Of a stretch of DNA of 35,103 nucleotides, positions 17,933 through 27,206 are shown piece after piece (the first letter of the stretch is position 1; the number at the start of each line of letters is the position of its first letter). Position numbers and translations under genes: made by a program. The notes under the pieces are model-generated. The model was not told the origin of the DNA. It did not search any database and saw only the letters and a list, made by a program, of their open reading frames with translations. Source of the stretch: Candidatus Iainarchaeum sp. (GTDB taxonomy: Archaea; Iainarchaeota; Iainarchaeia; Iainarchaeales; DTGL01); the NCBI GenBank assembly GCA_026413945.1, contig JAOAJX010000007.1, forward strand, positions 1 through 35,103, in the 5' to 3' direction.

Positions 17933-19534
17933 TTGCTAAAAATTGGTGTTGATTTGCATTTGCTTTTTCTTGAAAAGAGCCTAAGAAAAGAAACTTTGGG
18001 TATAGCAGGCATATTTATATTCGCCTTTATTATCCGCGCTTATGATCTCTCTAATATACCAAAAGGCCTCTATTTGGACGAGGCAAGCAACGGTTACAAT
18101 TCTTACAAAATCCTTAAAACAGGCAGAGACGAGTGGGGCGTTCAAATACCCTTATATTTCAAAGCATTTGGAGAATACAAAAATCCTGTTTTTATATATG
18201 GTTCTTTGCCCTTTGTCGCGTTTTTTGGACTAAGCGCATTTTCTGTGCGCTTAGCATCAGCATTTTTTGGGACTCTTGCTGTAATAGCAACATTTTTCCT
18301 TGTAAGAAAAATTTTTGGGTTAAAAGAAGCAGCCATAGCATCATTGCTTCTTGCAGTTTCACCATGGCATTTCGTGTTAAGCAGAATTGCTTTCGAAGTA
18401 ATAACATTGCCAACATTCTTTTTGCTTGGGCTTTTTTTCCTTATAATAGCAGCAGATAACAAAAAACTTTATTTGATACTTTCTGCAGCATGCTTTGCCC
18501 TTGCAGTTTACTCTTACAAGATTGCTTACGCTTTTATACCTTTTTTTCTTCTAAGCTTTTTTATAATTTACAGAAAAAGGTTTTCAATTGGAAAAATTGT
18601 TTTTTTCGCTTCCATTCTTGCGCTTCTCCTTTTGCCGCTTTTTGCTGAATTTGCTTTCAATGAAGAGCACCGCAATGCAACGAACCAAAAAAACATGCAG
18701 TTCTCGATATTTAACGAAAGTTTTACCAAGGAAAAGGAATCAAAAGGCATTTCAAAAGAGCAAGCAATCTTTGAGCTTTATCTTGAAAACTACGCAAGCT
18801 ATTTTTCAATAGATTTTCTTTTTATAAAAGGAGATCGGCTGCCAAGGCATAGCGTCCCTGAAAAAGGGCAGCTCTACTTTTTTTACATACCTTTGTTAGC
18901 TGTTGGATCAATGATATGCATATTTATGAGAACTGAAGCGCATAAGCTAATGCTTTTCTGGCTAATTTCTTGGCCTGTTGTTGCAGCTTTTAGTGCAGAT
19001 TACTCACCACATGCGCTTCGCTCCATAACAGCAATACCTGTTTTCGAGATCATCTGTGCATTGGCTATTGCAGCAATCCTTGATGAACCAAAAAAATGGC
19101 GCTCTGAAAAAATTAAATCATTTGCGCTTTTTGCAATTATCTCTATTTTCGCTATCACTGAGGTGGCATTTTTTATGCACACTTACTTTGTTGAATATCC
19201 ACAAAAGGCTGCTCTCTATTTTAATTGCGGCTATGAAGAAGCATTTATGTTCACTGAGCAGGAAAAGCCGAAGTATGAAAAGGTATACATAGCAAGTGAA
19301 GTTTTTAGCTATAATGCACATATTCTCGCCTTATTTTTCTTGCGCCTTGACTCTGAGAAGCTTTATTATGAAGGAGCGCTTGGAAATGGTTATGAGATGG
19401 CCATAAGTACTGATGAGAATGACCTAGAAAAACCTTCGCTTTTTGTCTTCCGCCACCCAGCAAAAAAAGGTATTCCTGTAAAGACAATAATTTGTGCTGG
19501 AAAACCAGTTCTGGAAATAAGTGAAATTAAATGA
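17933..19534 (+). CDS. GT-C fold membrane glycosyltransferase (ArnT/PMT_2, family 39/83-like)
   Basis: GLYLDEASNGYN (DE motif), SVRLASAFFG, LLAVSPWHFVLSR, GD-x-LPRH, about 11 TMs. Exact start uncertain (TTG 17933 or TTG 17954). Confidence 0.88.
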   Translation: MLKIGVDLHLLFLEKSLRKETLGIAGIFIFAFIIRAYDLSNIPKGLYLDEASNGYNSYKILKTGRDEWGVQIPLYFKAFGEYKNPVFIYGSLPFVAFFGLSAFSVRLASAFFGTLAVIATFFLVRKIFGLKEAAIASLLLAVSPWHFVLSRIAFEVITLPTFFLLGLFFLIIAADNKKLYLILSAACFALAVYSYKIAYAFIPFFLLSFFIIYRKRFSIGKIVFFASILALLLLPLFAEFAFNEEHRNATNQKNMQFSIFNESFTKEKESKGISKEQAIFELYLENYASYFSIDFLFIKGDRLPRHSVPEKGQLYFFYIPLLAVGSMICIFMRTEAHKLMLFWLISWPVVAAFSADYSPHALRSITAIPVFEIICALAIAAILDEPKKWRSEKIKSFALFAIISIFAITEVAFFMHTYFVEYPQKAALYFNCGYEEAFMFTEQEKPKYEKVYIASEVFSYNAHILALFFLRLDSEKLYYEGALGNGYEMAISTDENDLEKPSLFVFRHPAKKGIPVKTIICAGKPVLEISEIK

Positions 19535-19579
19535 GATCATAAGGCACTTTTTTATTTCTTTATTATATAGATTATAACT

Positions 19580-19903
19580 ATGATAAGCTACTCTGAGTTT
19601 CAAAAAGTTGAGTTGAGGGTTGCGAAGATTACTGCTGTTGAAGATATTCCAGGCAAAGATAAACTCTATAAGCTAGCGATCGACCTTGGGGCAGAAAAAA
19701 GAGCTATTGTGGCGGGAGTAAAAGAGTTCTACAAAAAAGAAGAGCTTAAGGGCAAAAATGTGATAATTGTTGCAAATCTTGAGCCAAGGACAATTGCCGG
19801 TATAACGAGCCAAGGCATGCTGTTGGCCGCTAAGAACACCCAAGGCGGCTATTCTATTGTTGAGATTAGTGAAAAAGTAGTACCTGGAACAAAAGTAGAG
19901 TAA
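19580..19903 (+). CDS. tRNA-binding OB-fold protein (MetRS C-terminal / Trbp111 / CsaA-like)
   Basis: ISYSEFQKVELRVAKI, DKLYKL-x-IDLG, IVAG, ANLEPR-x-IAG-x2-SQGMLLAA, PGTKV. Confidence 0.93.
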   Translation: MISYSEFQKVELRVAKITAVEDIPGKDKLYKLAIDLGAEKRAIVAGVKEFYKKEELKGKNVIIVANLEPRTIAGITSQGMLLAAKNTQGGYSIVEISEKVVPGTKVE

Positions 19904-19925
19904 GAACAGCTAACACTATTGATAG

Positions 19926-21074
19926 TCAAAGCATTGAGGCGATAATTGCTAGTGATATGAAAGTAGCTATACTTGAAGCCAAGTTAACTGCAGCTGTAAC
20001 AACCAATATGTGGGTAAACCTATTTCTGTTTAATTCCATTACAGATTCTATTTTCTGTATACTTTCAAGGTCTTCAACTAATGGTGGCCTGATTTTAGCC
20101 TCTACAGCACCAGCGAACCAGCCAGATGCTAAAGCCGGGTGCAATGTTGTGAAAGGTGCTGCTAAAAATGCTGCCAAAACGCTTTTCCAGTGCGCCTTAA
20201 CTATAATAGCGCCAATTGCTGAAAGGGAGCTATTTATAAGGAACCAGACGACAAAAGCGCTCAAAACAAACTGGGGCCCTTTGAAATAGAAGCCAAAAGA
20301 AAGCATTAAAATAAGTATTCCGAGCATGAGAAAGCCAATAATTGATCCATAGTTGTGTTTCTTTGGGGCCTTTTTTAAGGTATTCAAATCAATTTCTTTG
20401 CCAAGGTTTTCGGCTATGCCTTTCATATGGCCTGCGCCAACTACCGCAACAATCTTTTTTGCTTTTATTGCTGAAATTGAGGCTGCAATGTATTGATCAC
20501 GCTCATCAACTATAACTTTCTTAATAGATGGAAATTGCTTTGAAAGTTCCTTAATTACAGCGCTCAAAACATCATCTTTTTTAAGCTCCTCAACTTTTTC
20601 TGGTGTAAGCCTTTCACCAACTCCAAATATGTAAAGGAAAAGCTCGAAAAAAAGGCGCAACTTTTCAAAGAAGCTCATTGTTGCAAATGTTCGTCTCATT
20701 GTGATTTCAATATCGCGATCTACGAAAGCTAAGCGTATATTATGTTCCTTTGCAATCTTTGCTGCCTCAAGCATCTCACTTCCGGGTTTTATACCAAGCT
20801 CACGCCCAATGCGTCTTTGCATTCCAGAGAGAATCAGGTTGAAAAGCAGAAGGTACGCTTTGCCTTGCTTAATTACAGTAAGAACATCTGTCTTTTTCCA
20901 TTTGTGCTCTTCTGATAATTGTGCAAACCTTGCATAGTCAAGCTCAAGCGCAATGCAATCCGGTTTTTCCTCGATTATGGTTTCCTTTACTTCTTTTATG
21001 CTCTCGTTGCTAACGTGGGCCGTGCCTACAAGCACTACAATCTTATCCTTTAAGTCAATTTTTTTTACAACCAT
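19926..21074 (-). CDS. TraB/PrgY (pheromone-shutdown) family membrane protein
   Basis: LVGTAHVS-x2-S, PDCIALELD-x2-R, PGSEM, VDRDIEIT, DERD-x-YIA, VVGAGH-x2-GI, APFTTLHP...GWFAG. Confidence 0.93.
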   Translation of the reverse strand: MVVKKIDLKDKIVVLVGTAHVSNESIKEVKETIIEEKPDCIALELDYARFAQLSEEHKWKKTDVLTVIKQGKAYLLLFNLILSGMQRRIGRELGIKPGSEMLEAAKIAKEHNIRLAFVDRDIEITMRRTFATMSFFEKLRLFFELFLYIFGVGERLTPEKVEELKKDDVLSAVIKELSKQFPSIKKVIVDERDQYIAASISAIKAKKIVAVVGAGHMKGIAENLGKEIDLNTLKKAPKKHNYGSIIGFLMLGILILMLSFGFYFKGPQFVLSAFVVWFLINSSLSAIGAIIVKAHWKSVLAAFLAAPFTTLHPALASGWFAGAVEAKIRPPLVEDLESIQKIESVMELNRNRFTHILVVTAAVNLASSIATFISLAIIASML

Positions 21075-21082
21075 TGGAGACC

Positions 21083-21745
21083 CTACATGAGATGCAATTT
21101 AGCAAGCTTTGTGTAAATCTGTGCTCTCAAAGGGCCTTTCCTGCCGAAATACGTGCATTGCCCTTTTAGAATCTTTTTTCTTGCGGTTTCAAGTGTGTCA
21201 GCATCAACGCACAGATAAGCATTACCAAGCTCACATTTGAAATGGGCATCAGTTCCTGCTGTGAAAGCGAGTTTGTTCCTTTCTGCAAAGGCCTTTGCTT
21301 TTTCATTTGCAGAGCCTAAAAGGCAACGGCTGTTAAAGACTTCTATTGCGTGCACCTCTTTTTTTATTTCCTCAAGCATTCTGAAACCTTGAAAAAAAGG
21401 CCTACGAAGCAAATCAAAAGGATGTGATACTGAAATTATGGCATCTTGATCCTTAAGCTTATCAATAACCTCAAAGATTTCGCCTGGGTTTACATGTGAA
21501 GTCATAAAAAGTCCAAGAAGCTCACCTACCAAAGAGCCATTATTGTAAACTTTTATCTCCTCGCCTTTTATAAATGGAACTGAGTATTTCTTAGATAAAG
21601 AAATTGCCTCAATCCAAGGCCTAGTTGAGTTGTGCTCTGTAAGTGCCGGCACTATGCCTTTTTTGCGATAAAAACAAAATATTTCATCAACACTCAAGTT
21701 TCCGTGGCCGGCAAGCTTAGTATGTATGTGCGTATCTATTAGCAG
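21083..21745 (-). CDS. PHP-domain metal-dependent phosphoesterase
   Basis: ALTEHN, GEEI, SHPFD, IEVFNSR, AGTDAH. The N-terminal IDTHIHT motif lies in frame upstream of the ORF-track start (21697), implying a CTG start at 21745. Confidence 0.88.
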   Translation of the reverse strand: MLIDTHIHTKLAGHGNLSVDEIFCFYRKKGIVPALTEHNSTRPWIEAISLSKKYSVPFIKGEEIKVYNNGSLVGELLGLFMTSHVNPGEIFEVIDKLKDQDAIISVSHPFDLLRRPFFQGFRMLEEIKKEVHAIEVFNSRCLLGSANEKAKAFAERNKLAFTAGTDAHFKCELGNAYLCVDADTLETARKKILKGQCTYFGRKGPLRAQIYTKLAKLHLM

Positions 21746-21749
21746 AAAA

Positions 21750-22163
21750 TCACCTTGTGATATCGCAGATCATGAAATCCTCATTCATTTCTTTTATCTC
21801 ATCGACAGATACTTCGAGTGTGGTAAGTTCACTTACCAGCATATGCAAAAAACCCATCTTTGCTGCTTTTGAATCCAAAACAACAATAACTCCATAAACA
21901 GATATTGGCGGTATAAATCCTTTTTTGTAGCCGGTTACATTGAAGGCTTCTTTTGCACTTGCTTCTCTAAGCTCTGAGCTTGGAAAAAGGCTAGAAAACT
22001 TTTCAAAGTCTATGCGATCCTTTCTCATTAAAATAGCAAGCGCTGGCTTAAGAGCTGCGTTATCTCTAAGGTAGAGAATACATTTTGCAGAGTTTGGGCT
22101 TATTATCGGCTTATTTATTATTGTTGCTTTAAGCTTATTTATCTCTATGAAATCTTCAAGCAT
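21750..22163 (-). CDS. YbaK/ProX aminoacyl-tRNA deacylase-like protein (divergent)
   Basis: SAKCIL, RIDFEK, LREAS-x2-E-x3-VTGYKKGFIPPIS, VVLD pattern of the YbaK fold. Confidence 0.78.
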   Translation of the reverse strand: MLEDFIEINKLKATIINKPIISPNSAKCILYLRDNAALKPALAILMRKDRIDFEKFSSLFPSSELREASAKEAFNVTGYKKGFIPPISVYGVIVVLDSKAAKMGFLHMLVSELTTLEVSVDEIKEMNEDFMICDITR

Positions 22164-22188
22164 AGAAGTTACACCTTATAAATCATGA

Positions 22189-23349
22189 TTACAGCCCTGC
22201 TTGTTTTCTCAGGTCGTCGGCAATATCAATTAATTCCCATGTGAATTCTGGTTCATTTCTTCCAAAGTGTCCATAGCAGGATGTTTTTGAGTAAATAGGC
22301 CTTAGCAGGTTGAGGTTTTCTATTATTTTGCTAGGGCTAAGATCAAAGTTCTTCTCTATGAGGGATCTTAGTTTGCTCTCTTGAATTTTGCAAGTGCCAA
22401 AAGTGTCTACGAAAAGAGCTGTTGGCTCGTGCGAACCAATTGCATATGCAACCTGTATTTCGCATTTATCAGCAATTCCTGCCGCCACTATATTCTTCGC
22501 GATATACCTAGCCATATAAGCTGCGCTCCTGTCAACCTTTGTAGGATCCTTTCCGGAGAAAGCTCCGCCGCCGTGCTTGCTCATTCCACCATATGTGTCA
22601 GCGATTATTTTTCTTCCTGTGCAGCCCACATCAGCTACTGGACCACCAATCACAAATCTGCCAGTATTGTTTATGTAATAGGTTGTTTTTTTGTCAATGT
22701 AATCTCCACATACAGGCTCTATAACTTCTTTTGTTATATCTTCACGCAGTTTTTGAAGAGTTACATCTGGGTCATGCTGGGCTGCAATAACAACAGAGTC
22801 AATGCGCTTAACAACAGAGCCATTAAACTCAACCGTAACTTGTGTTTTTCCATCAGGCCTTAAATATGTAAGTTTTTTCTTTTTTCTAACTTCGGCAAGT
22901 TTCAGTGCAAGTTTGTGGGCAAACATTATGGCTGCCGGCATCAATTCTTCAGTTTCAGCTGTTGCGTAGCCACACATCATTCCTTGGTCTCCGGCACCAA
23001 GGCCTTTGCCTTTTTTCGCGTTAACGCCAATTGCAATATCTGGGCTTTGTTCATGGATGCTGGATAAAACACCAACTGTTTTGTATTCAAAGCCATACTC
23101 AACCTTTGTATAGCCGATCTTTTCGAGGACCGCGCGCGCAATTTTTCCAACATCATACTTTGCATTTGTAGTAATTTCTCCACTAACAATAATAAAGCCC
23201 ATTCCTGCCATTGTCTCGCATGCGACTCGCGAGTATTTGTCTTGAGCTATTATTTCATCTAGAACTGCATCTGATACTTGGTCACAAACTTTATCCGGAT
23301 GGCCCTCAGTCATGGATTCCGAAGTAAAAAGATAATGGCCATTTGGCAT
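22189..23349 (-). CDS. metK: S-adenosylmethionine synthetase, bacterial/eukaryotic type
   Basis: [48 protein letters not shown]-x-[27 protein letters not shown]. Confidence 0.98.
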   Translation of the reverse strand: MPNGHYLFTSESMTEGHPDKVCDQVSDAVLDEIIAQDKYSRVACETMAGMGFIIVSGEITTNAKYDVGKIARAVLEKIGYTKVEYGFEYKTVGVLSSIHEQSPDIAIGVNAKKGKGLGAGDQGMMCGYATAETEELMPAAIMFAHKLALKLAEVRKKKKLTYLRPDGKTQVTVEFNGSVVKRIDSVVIAAQHDPDVTLQKLREDITKEVIEPVCGDYIDKKTTYYINNTGRFVIGGPVADVGCTGRKIIADTYGGMSKHGGGAFSGKDPTKVDRSAAYMARYIAKNIVAAGIADKCEIQVAYAIGSHEPTALFVDTFGTCKIQESKLRSLIEKNFDLSPSKIIENLNLLRPIYSKTSCYGHFGRNEPEFTWELIDIADDLRKQAGL

Positions 23350-23484
23350 AAATCCACCTCTTTAAGTGATTGTAAACAAAAAATAATAAATAATATTCTT
23401 TTAATAACATAGGAGGTGCCAATTAAGCCAGAAATTATTTGCAAATTAATTTATTACTAACTAAATCACTTCTCGATGTTAAAC

Positions 23485-23500
23485 CGAAAGGTTTATATAT
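23485..23500 (+). promoter_or_regulatory. Consensus archaeal BRE+TATA promoter heading the surface-protein operon
   Basis: CGAAAGG-TTTATATAT about 50 nt upstream of ATG 23551. RBS GAGGGGG. Confidence 0.75.
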
Positions 23501-23550
23501 TTCACCAACACATATATTAATGTGAAATAGTTAATTTTAGAGGGGGCATT

Positions 23551-24075
23551 ATGGGGGCAAAGATTTTAGCATCAGCAATAATTGTTTTGTTTTTTTTAGC
23601 AAATGCATTTTCATACATATCTGGGCCTGAAAACATTTTTATAGATGAGCCAATCAGGGTAATAACATACGAGATTTCAAATTCTTCCAACGAAGCAAAA
23701 GATTTTCAAGCAATGGTTTATTGTCCTAATGAAGTAAAGTGTGAAATATCAAATAGGCCTTCTTCTGTTGCTGCTGGGCAAAAGTCTTATTTCTCTATTT
23801 CATTTATGCCAACAGACGCAGCAATAAGGAACAATTATGCAGTAACTATTTTGGCAAAGCTTGGAACCAACACTATTTACAAGGAAGTAAAAGTGGCAGT
23901 TGGTATTCCAAAAGCGCCTGTTCAGAGACCTGTTGAAGAGCAAAAATCTGGCGAAGAAAATGTAAAAACACCAATGGTCATACAAGAAGCAACAATAATG
24001 AACATACTTTTGGCGTTAATTGCGCTTCTTTTATTTGGAATTTTCATACTCAAATTAACGGGGGGTAAAAGATGA
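23551..24075 (+). CDS. Small secreted Ig-like protein with C-terminal TM anchor
   Basis: Signal peptide, one beta-sandwich-like module (YEISNSS...SVAAGQKSYFSISF...NYAVTI), linker, TM, and GGKR. Confidence 0.8.
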   Translation: MGAKILASAIIVLFFLANAFSYISGPENIFIDEPIRVITYEISNSSNEAKDFQAMVYCPNEVKCEISNRPSSVAAGQKSYFSISFMPTDAAIRNNYAVTILAKLGTNTIYKEVKVAVGIPKAPVQRPVEEQKSGEENVKTPMVIQEATIMNILLALIALLLFGIFILKLTGGKR

Positions 24076-24923
24076 GTTATGTGAACTTAAAGCTTGCTTT
24101 GGGTATATTGCTCATAATTGTTTCCCTTAATAGGGCAATGGCTGGCTTAGTTGTTGAACCAACAAATCAAGGCAGTTACTATTATGGTGGCTATTATTCT
24201 TATGGTTACTACAGCACTTCTAACGCATACAAGAAGTGTATAGGTAATACAATATACATTGAGAGGACAACTCCACAAGGAACAAGTCTAACTCCACTGT
24301 ATAGTTGCGGAGCAAATGAGCAGTGCATTGATGGCGATTGCATGAAAAAGGCAACAAGAATAAATATTGGATCATGGGAGTTTAGCTTCGGGCCATGGTG
24401 CTCTGAAAAATATGTAAGTCAGTATTGCATTGGAGATGAAGTTTGGGGCTTGTATAGAAATTCAAAATGCGTAACCTCACCACAATTTATACAAACGTGC
24501 CAGTATGGCTGCAGCAATGGAGTATGCAATTCAGCAAAAGTGCCGGTATATTATTATCAATATTATTCATATCAACCACAACAAGTACAGGTGACAACAC
24601 CACCAACAACATACAGCCCAGCAACTTACACTTATACTTATTCATATAGTAGACAACCTGCACAGCAAAGTTGCTCAACAGGATATGTCTGTGTTGATGC
24701 ATCTTATAAAGCATATAGAAGCAATAATTGCGAGATTATCTCAAGCACTTATACATATTGCCAATATGGCTGCAAGGACGGTGTATGCCAACAGCCAAGA
24801 TACACAGTCCCTTCAATAAAATATTATAGGGATTGCGACAATGATGGTGATTGTCCACCGGGATATTATTGCAAACACACATTCGCTTATGATAAATGTA
24901 TACCGATATGGGGCGACCCATAA
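24072..24923 (+). CDS. Secreted Cys/Tyr-rich repeat protein
   Basis: Signal peptide ending AMA-G. Three modules ending C-x(n)-C-x2-G-x-C (CQYGCSNGVC, CQYGCKDGVC, CIDGDC), Tyr/Gln/Thr tracts, and a terminal CDNDGDCPPGYYC. ATGA overlap with the upstream gene. Confidence 0.82.
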   Translation: MSYVNLKLALGILLIIVSLNRAMAGLVVEPTNQGSYYYGGYYSYGYYSTSNAYKKCIGNTIYIERTTPQGTSLTPLYSCGANEQCIDGDCMKKATRINIGSWEFSFGPWCSEKYVSQYCIGDEVWGLYRNSKCVTSPQFIQTCQYGCSNGVCNSAKVPVYYYQYYSYQPQQVQVTTPPTTYSPATYTYTYSYSRQPAQQSCSTGYVCVDASYKAYRSNNCEIISSTYTYCQYGCKDGVCQQPRYTVPSIKYYRDCDNDGDCPPGYYCKHTFAYDKCIPIWGDP

Positions 24924-24953
24924 AAAAGGGGGTTTTAAGTTAAAGGTGGTTTT

Positions 24954-27206
24954 ATGGATAAGAACATTGTGAATAAATCAGGAATTTTATTTTTGCTTTT
25001 CATACTTGCGGGGCTTGCCTATGCATGTACATATGCATGTACAACTTGTCCAAATACGCCTCCAAGCAAACCAAATGTATACATAACACCATCTAACCCA
25101 ACTACAAACGACGACCTTTACTGCTATGCAAACAGCTATGACCCTGAATGCGATACACTAACATATCATTACAGATGGTACAGAGATGGAGTTCTTTATA
25201 CAACACAATCAACTACTTCAAATTACACTTCAATATCAAAAAATAATACAAACTATTCAGAAACATGGAAATGCGTTGTTAAGGCCTTTGATGGCAGAGA
25301 TTACAGCGAAGAAAACAGTGACACAGTAAAAATTGAAGGAGAACCTTGCATAGATTTCGAGATTACAACAGGCGTCGATAGCATAACCATGAAAAGAAAT
25401 GACACTCAAACTTTAAGTTTTTGGTTAAGGAATAAGGGGAATTACTCAATTTGCATAAATTTAAGGACGAGCAACAGCAGCTCTTACCTCGAGTCATGGG
25501 CTTCAAGAGAAAGTGTATGCTTAAATGCATACGAGTCAAAGCAATTGACGCTTACAATAAGGACAAATAATGCTTCAGTTGGTTATTATAGCGTTAAGAT
25601 AAAGGGAGATGGCTGTTACACACGAGAGAAAGAAATAACCGTTAAAGTTGAAGAACCTTGTCAGCCACCTCAGTGCTGCCCATATCCGCCATGTTATACT
25701 CCAACACCAACTCCAAGCTGTGGTTCATATTATTATCCTTGCTATACCCCAACGCCGAGCTGTCAGCCTTATTGTGGCCAGCCAATTGAAATTGTACCTA
25801 TAAGGACTTCAATATGCCAAGAATCAAAAGGGACAATAAGCGTTTTGGTTAAGAATTTGACAAATAATGAGTTAGTGGTGAGGCTGGAATCAAGTTCTGT
25901 TGGCTTTTCGAGCAGTTTTGAGCAAAGCGCTGTAGTTTTGAGTGCCGGCCAAGAGAAATATGTGAACCTCAATGTTTACACACAATGCCAAATTGGTGAG
26001 CAATATGTTACAATATATGGCAAAGTTGATGGCTACACGCTGCAGCGAAAGGCAAACTTTACAGTTATAAGTTGCCCTAAGCCAGAAACAAAGAATTTTT
26101 CTATAGAAGTTCCAGTGGCATGCACCTCGATGCAGAAGATGCAAACTGCCAATATTGCTTTCACGGTAAAAAACCTTACAAGATATTCTCAAACTGTAAA
26201 CTTACAAGCAGTTTCTTCAATAGTCAGCGAAGTTGATCAAACAAGCGTAAATCTTGGACCTTATGAGAGTAAGACATTATATGTAAGGGCGTATGCCAGA
26301 GAGACTGATAAGCCAGGCAAACAATATATAACACTCTATGGCTGGCAGGACAGCTATAAAGAAAAGAAAGAATTGTGTGTAGAAATACAGCAGATGCATA
26401 AAACACTTGTTACTTTAGCAAATAATGACCTTAAGATACCACAGTGTAGCTATGGTGTTTTTACCCTGACTGTGCATAATGCTGGAGACACTGTGCAAAA
26501 CTATAAAGTAAGTACCAATAATGCCACAAAAGCAACAATTAAATTTTCTGAAAGCTCGTTTTCCCTATATCCAGGCGAAGCAAAAGAAGTTTTCATAACA
26601 GTTAACGTACCCGTGGATATGCAATTAGCAAAATATAGCACAGACATTGTTGTTGAAAACAGCAGTGTTTGGGTAAGGACAATATACTTTGATGTCATTA
26701 AAAGCACAGAGGAGCCAAGTACAACCCCTATTGAAGGGGAAAGACCAATAATACTTTCTTATCCGGTAAATATTGCAATTGCACCAGGTACTGAGAAGCA
26801 GTTCTCTATTGTGCTACATAACCCGACATCTAGAGCAATAAATATTGCAATAGATTTCGGGCTCCCACAGGGTTTTTACTCTCAAACAAAGAGTATTTAT
26901 CTCGCACCAGGAGCTACTGAAGCTGTAGTGGCTTCTATTGGCATTGACGCTAAAGTTACGCCTGAAAGGCATTACGATGGCATTCTCAGGCTAAGGTTTG
27001 AAAACACGGAAATATCAAAGCCGATTAGCGTTTATGTTGAAGTAATGCCAACAAGACCAGAAGGCACCGGTAGTGGTCTTTTCACCCTGGAGAATCCCTG
27101 GGTGATTGGCCTAATAATTGTCGTTGCTTTTATAGCAATAGTGCTAATACTAAACGCCTTTGGCGGGCGACAAAAAAAAGCAGAGTTTATGCTTTATAGG
27201 AGGTAG
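24954..27206 (+). CDS. Large multi-Ig-like (COG1470/CARDB-like) surface glycoprotein with C-terminal TM
   Basis: Signal peptide, repeated modules with V-x-N...L-x-(P/A)-(G/Y)-E-x-K...G-x-Y, a Cys/Pro linker, 13 N-x-S/T sequons, and a C-terminal TM. Confidence 0.82.
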   Translation: MDKNIVNKSGILFLLFILAGLAYACTYACTTCPNTPPSKPNVYITPSNPTTNDDLYCYANSYDPECDTLTYHYRWYRDGVLYTTQSTTSNYTSISKNNTNYSETWKCVVKAFDGRDYSEENSDTVKIEGEPCIDFEITTGVDSITMKRNDTQTLSFWLRNKGNYSICINLRTSNSSSYLESWASRESVCLNAYESKQLTLTIRTNNASVGYYSVKIKGDGCYTREKEITVKVEEPCQPPQCCPYPPCYTPTPTPSCGSYYYPCYTPTPSCQPYCGQPIEIVPIRTSICQESKGTISVLVKNLTNNELVVRLESSSVGFSSSFEQSAVVLSAGQEKYVNLNVYTQCQIGEQYVTIYGKVDGYTLQRKANFTVISCPKPETKNFSIEVPVACTSMQKMQTANIAFTVKNLTRYSQTVNLQAVSSIVSEVDQTSVNLGPYESKTLYVRAYARETDKPGKQYITLYGWQDSYKEKKELCVEIQQMHKTLVTLANNDLKIPQCSYGVFTLTVHNAGDTVQNYKVSTNNATKATIKFSESSFSLYPGEAKEVFITVNVPVDMQLAKYSTDIVVENSSVWVRTIYFDVIKSTEEPSTTPIEGERPIILSYPVNIAIAPGTEKQFSIVLHNPTSRAINIAIDFGLPQGFYSQTKSIYLAPGATEAVVASIGIDAKVTPERHYDGILRLRFENTEISKPISVYVEVMPTRPEGTGSGLFTLENPWVIGLIIVVAFIAIVLILNAFGGRQKKAEFMLYRR
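25660..25765 (+). repeat. Internal Cys/Pro/Tyr linker repeat (PCYTPTP[TP]SC x2)
   Basis: The peptide ...PPCYTPTPTPSCGSYYYPCYTPTPSC... lies inside the 750-aa protein. Boundaries approximate. Confidence 0.65.

Noticed and set aside
23350-23550. SAM riboswitch upstream of metK, or a small ORF at the stray AGGAGGTG (23411)
   Set aside because: The region is AT-rich with no SAM-I/II core or stable stems. The only ORF is 14 codons and its GTG lies inside the RBS-like motif.
25020-25043. Tandem 12-mer TATGCATGTACA x2 with internal palindromes
   Set aside because: It simply encodes YACT-YACT at the signal-peptide junction. There are only two units, so it is neither a CRISPR nor a regulatory array.
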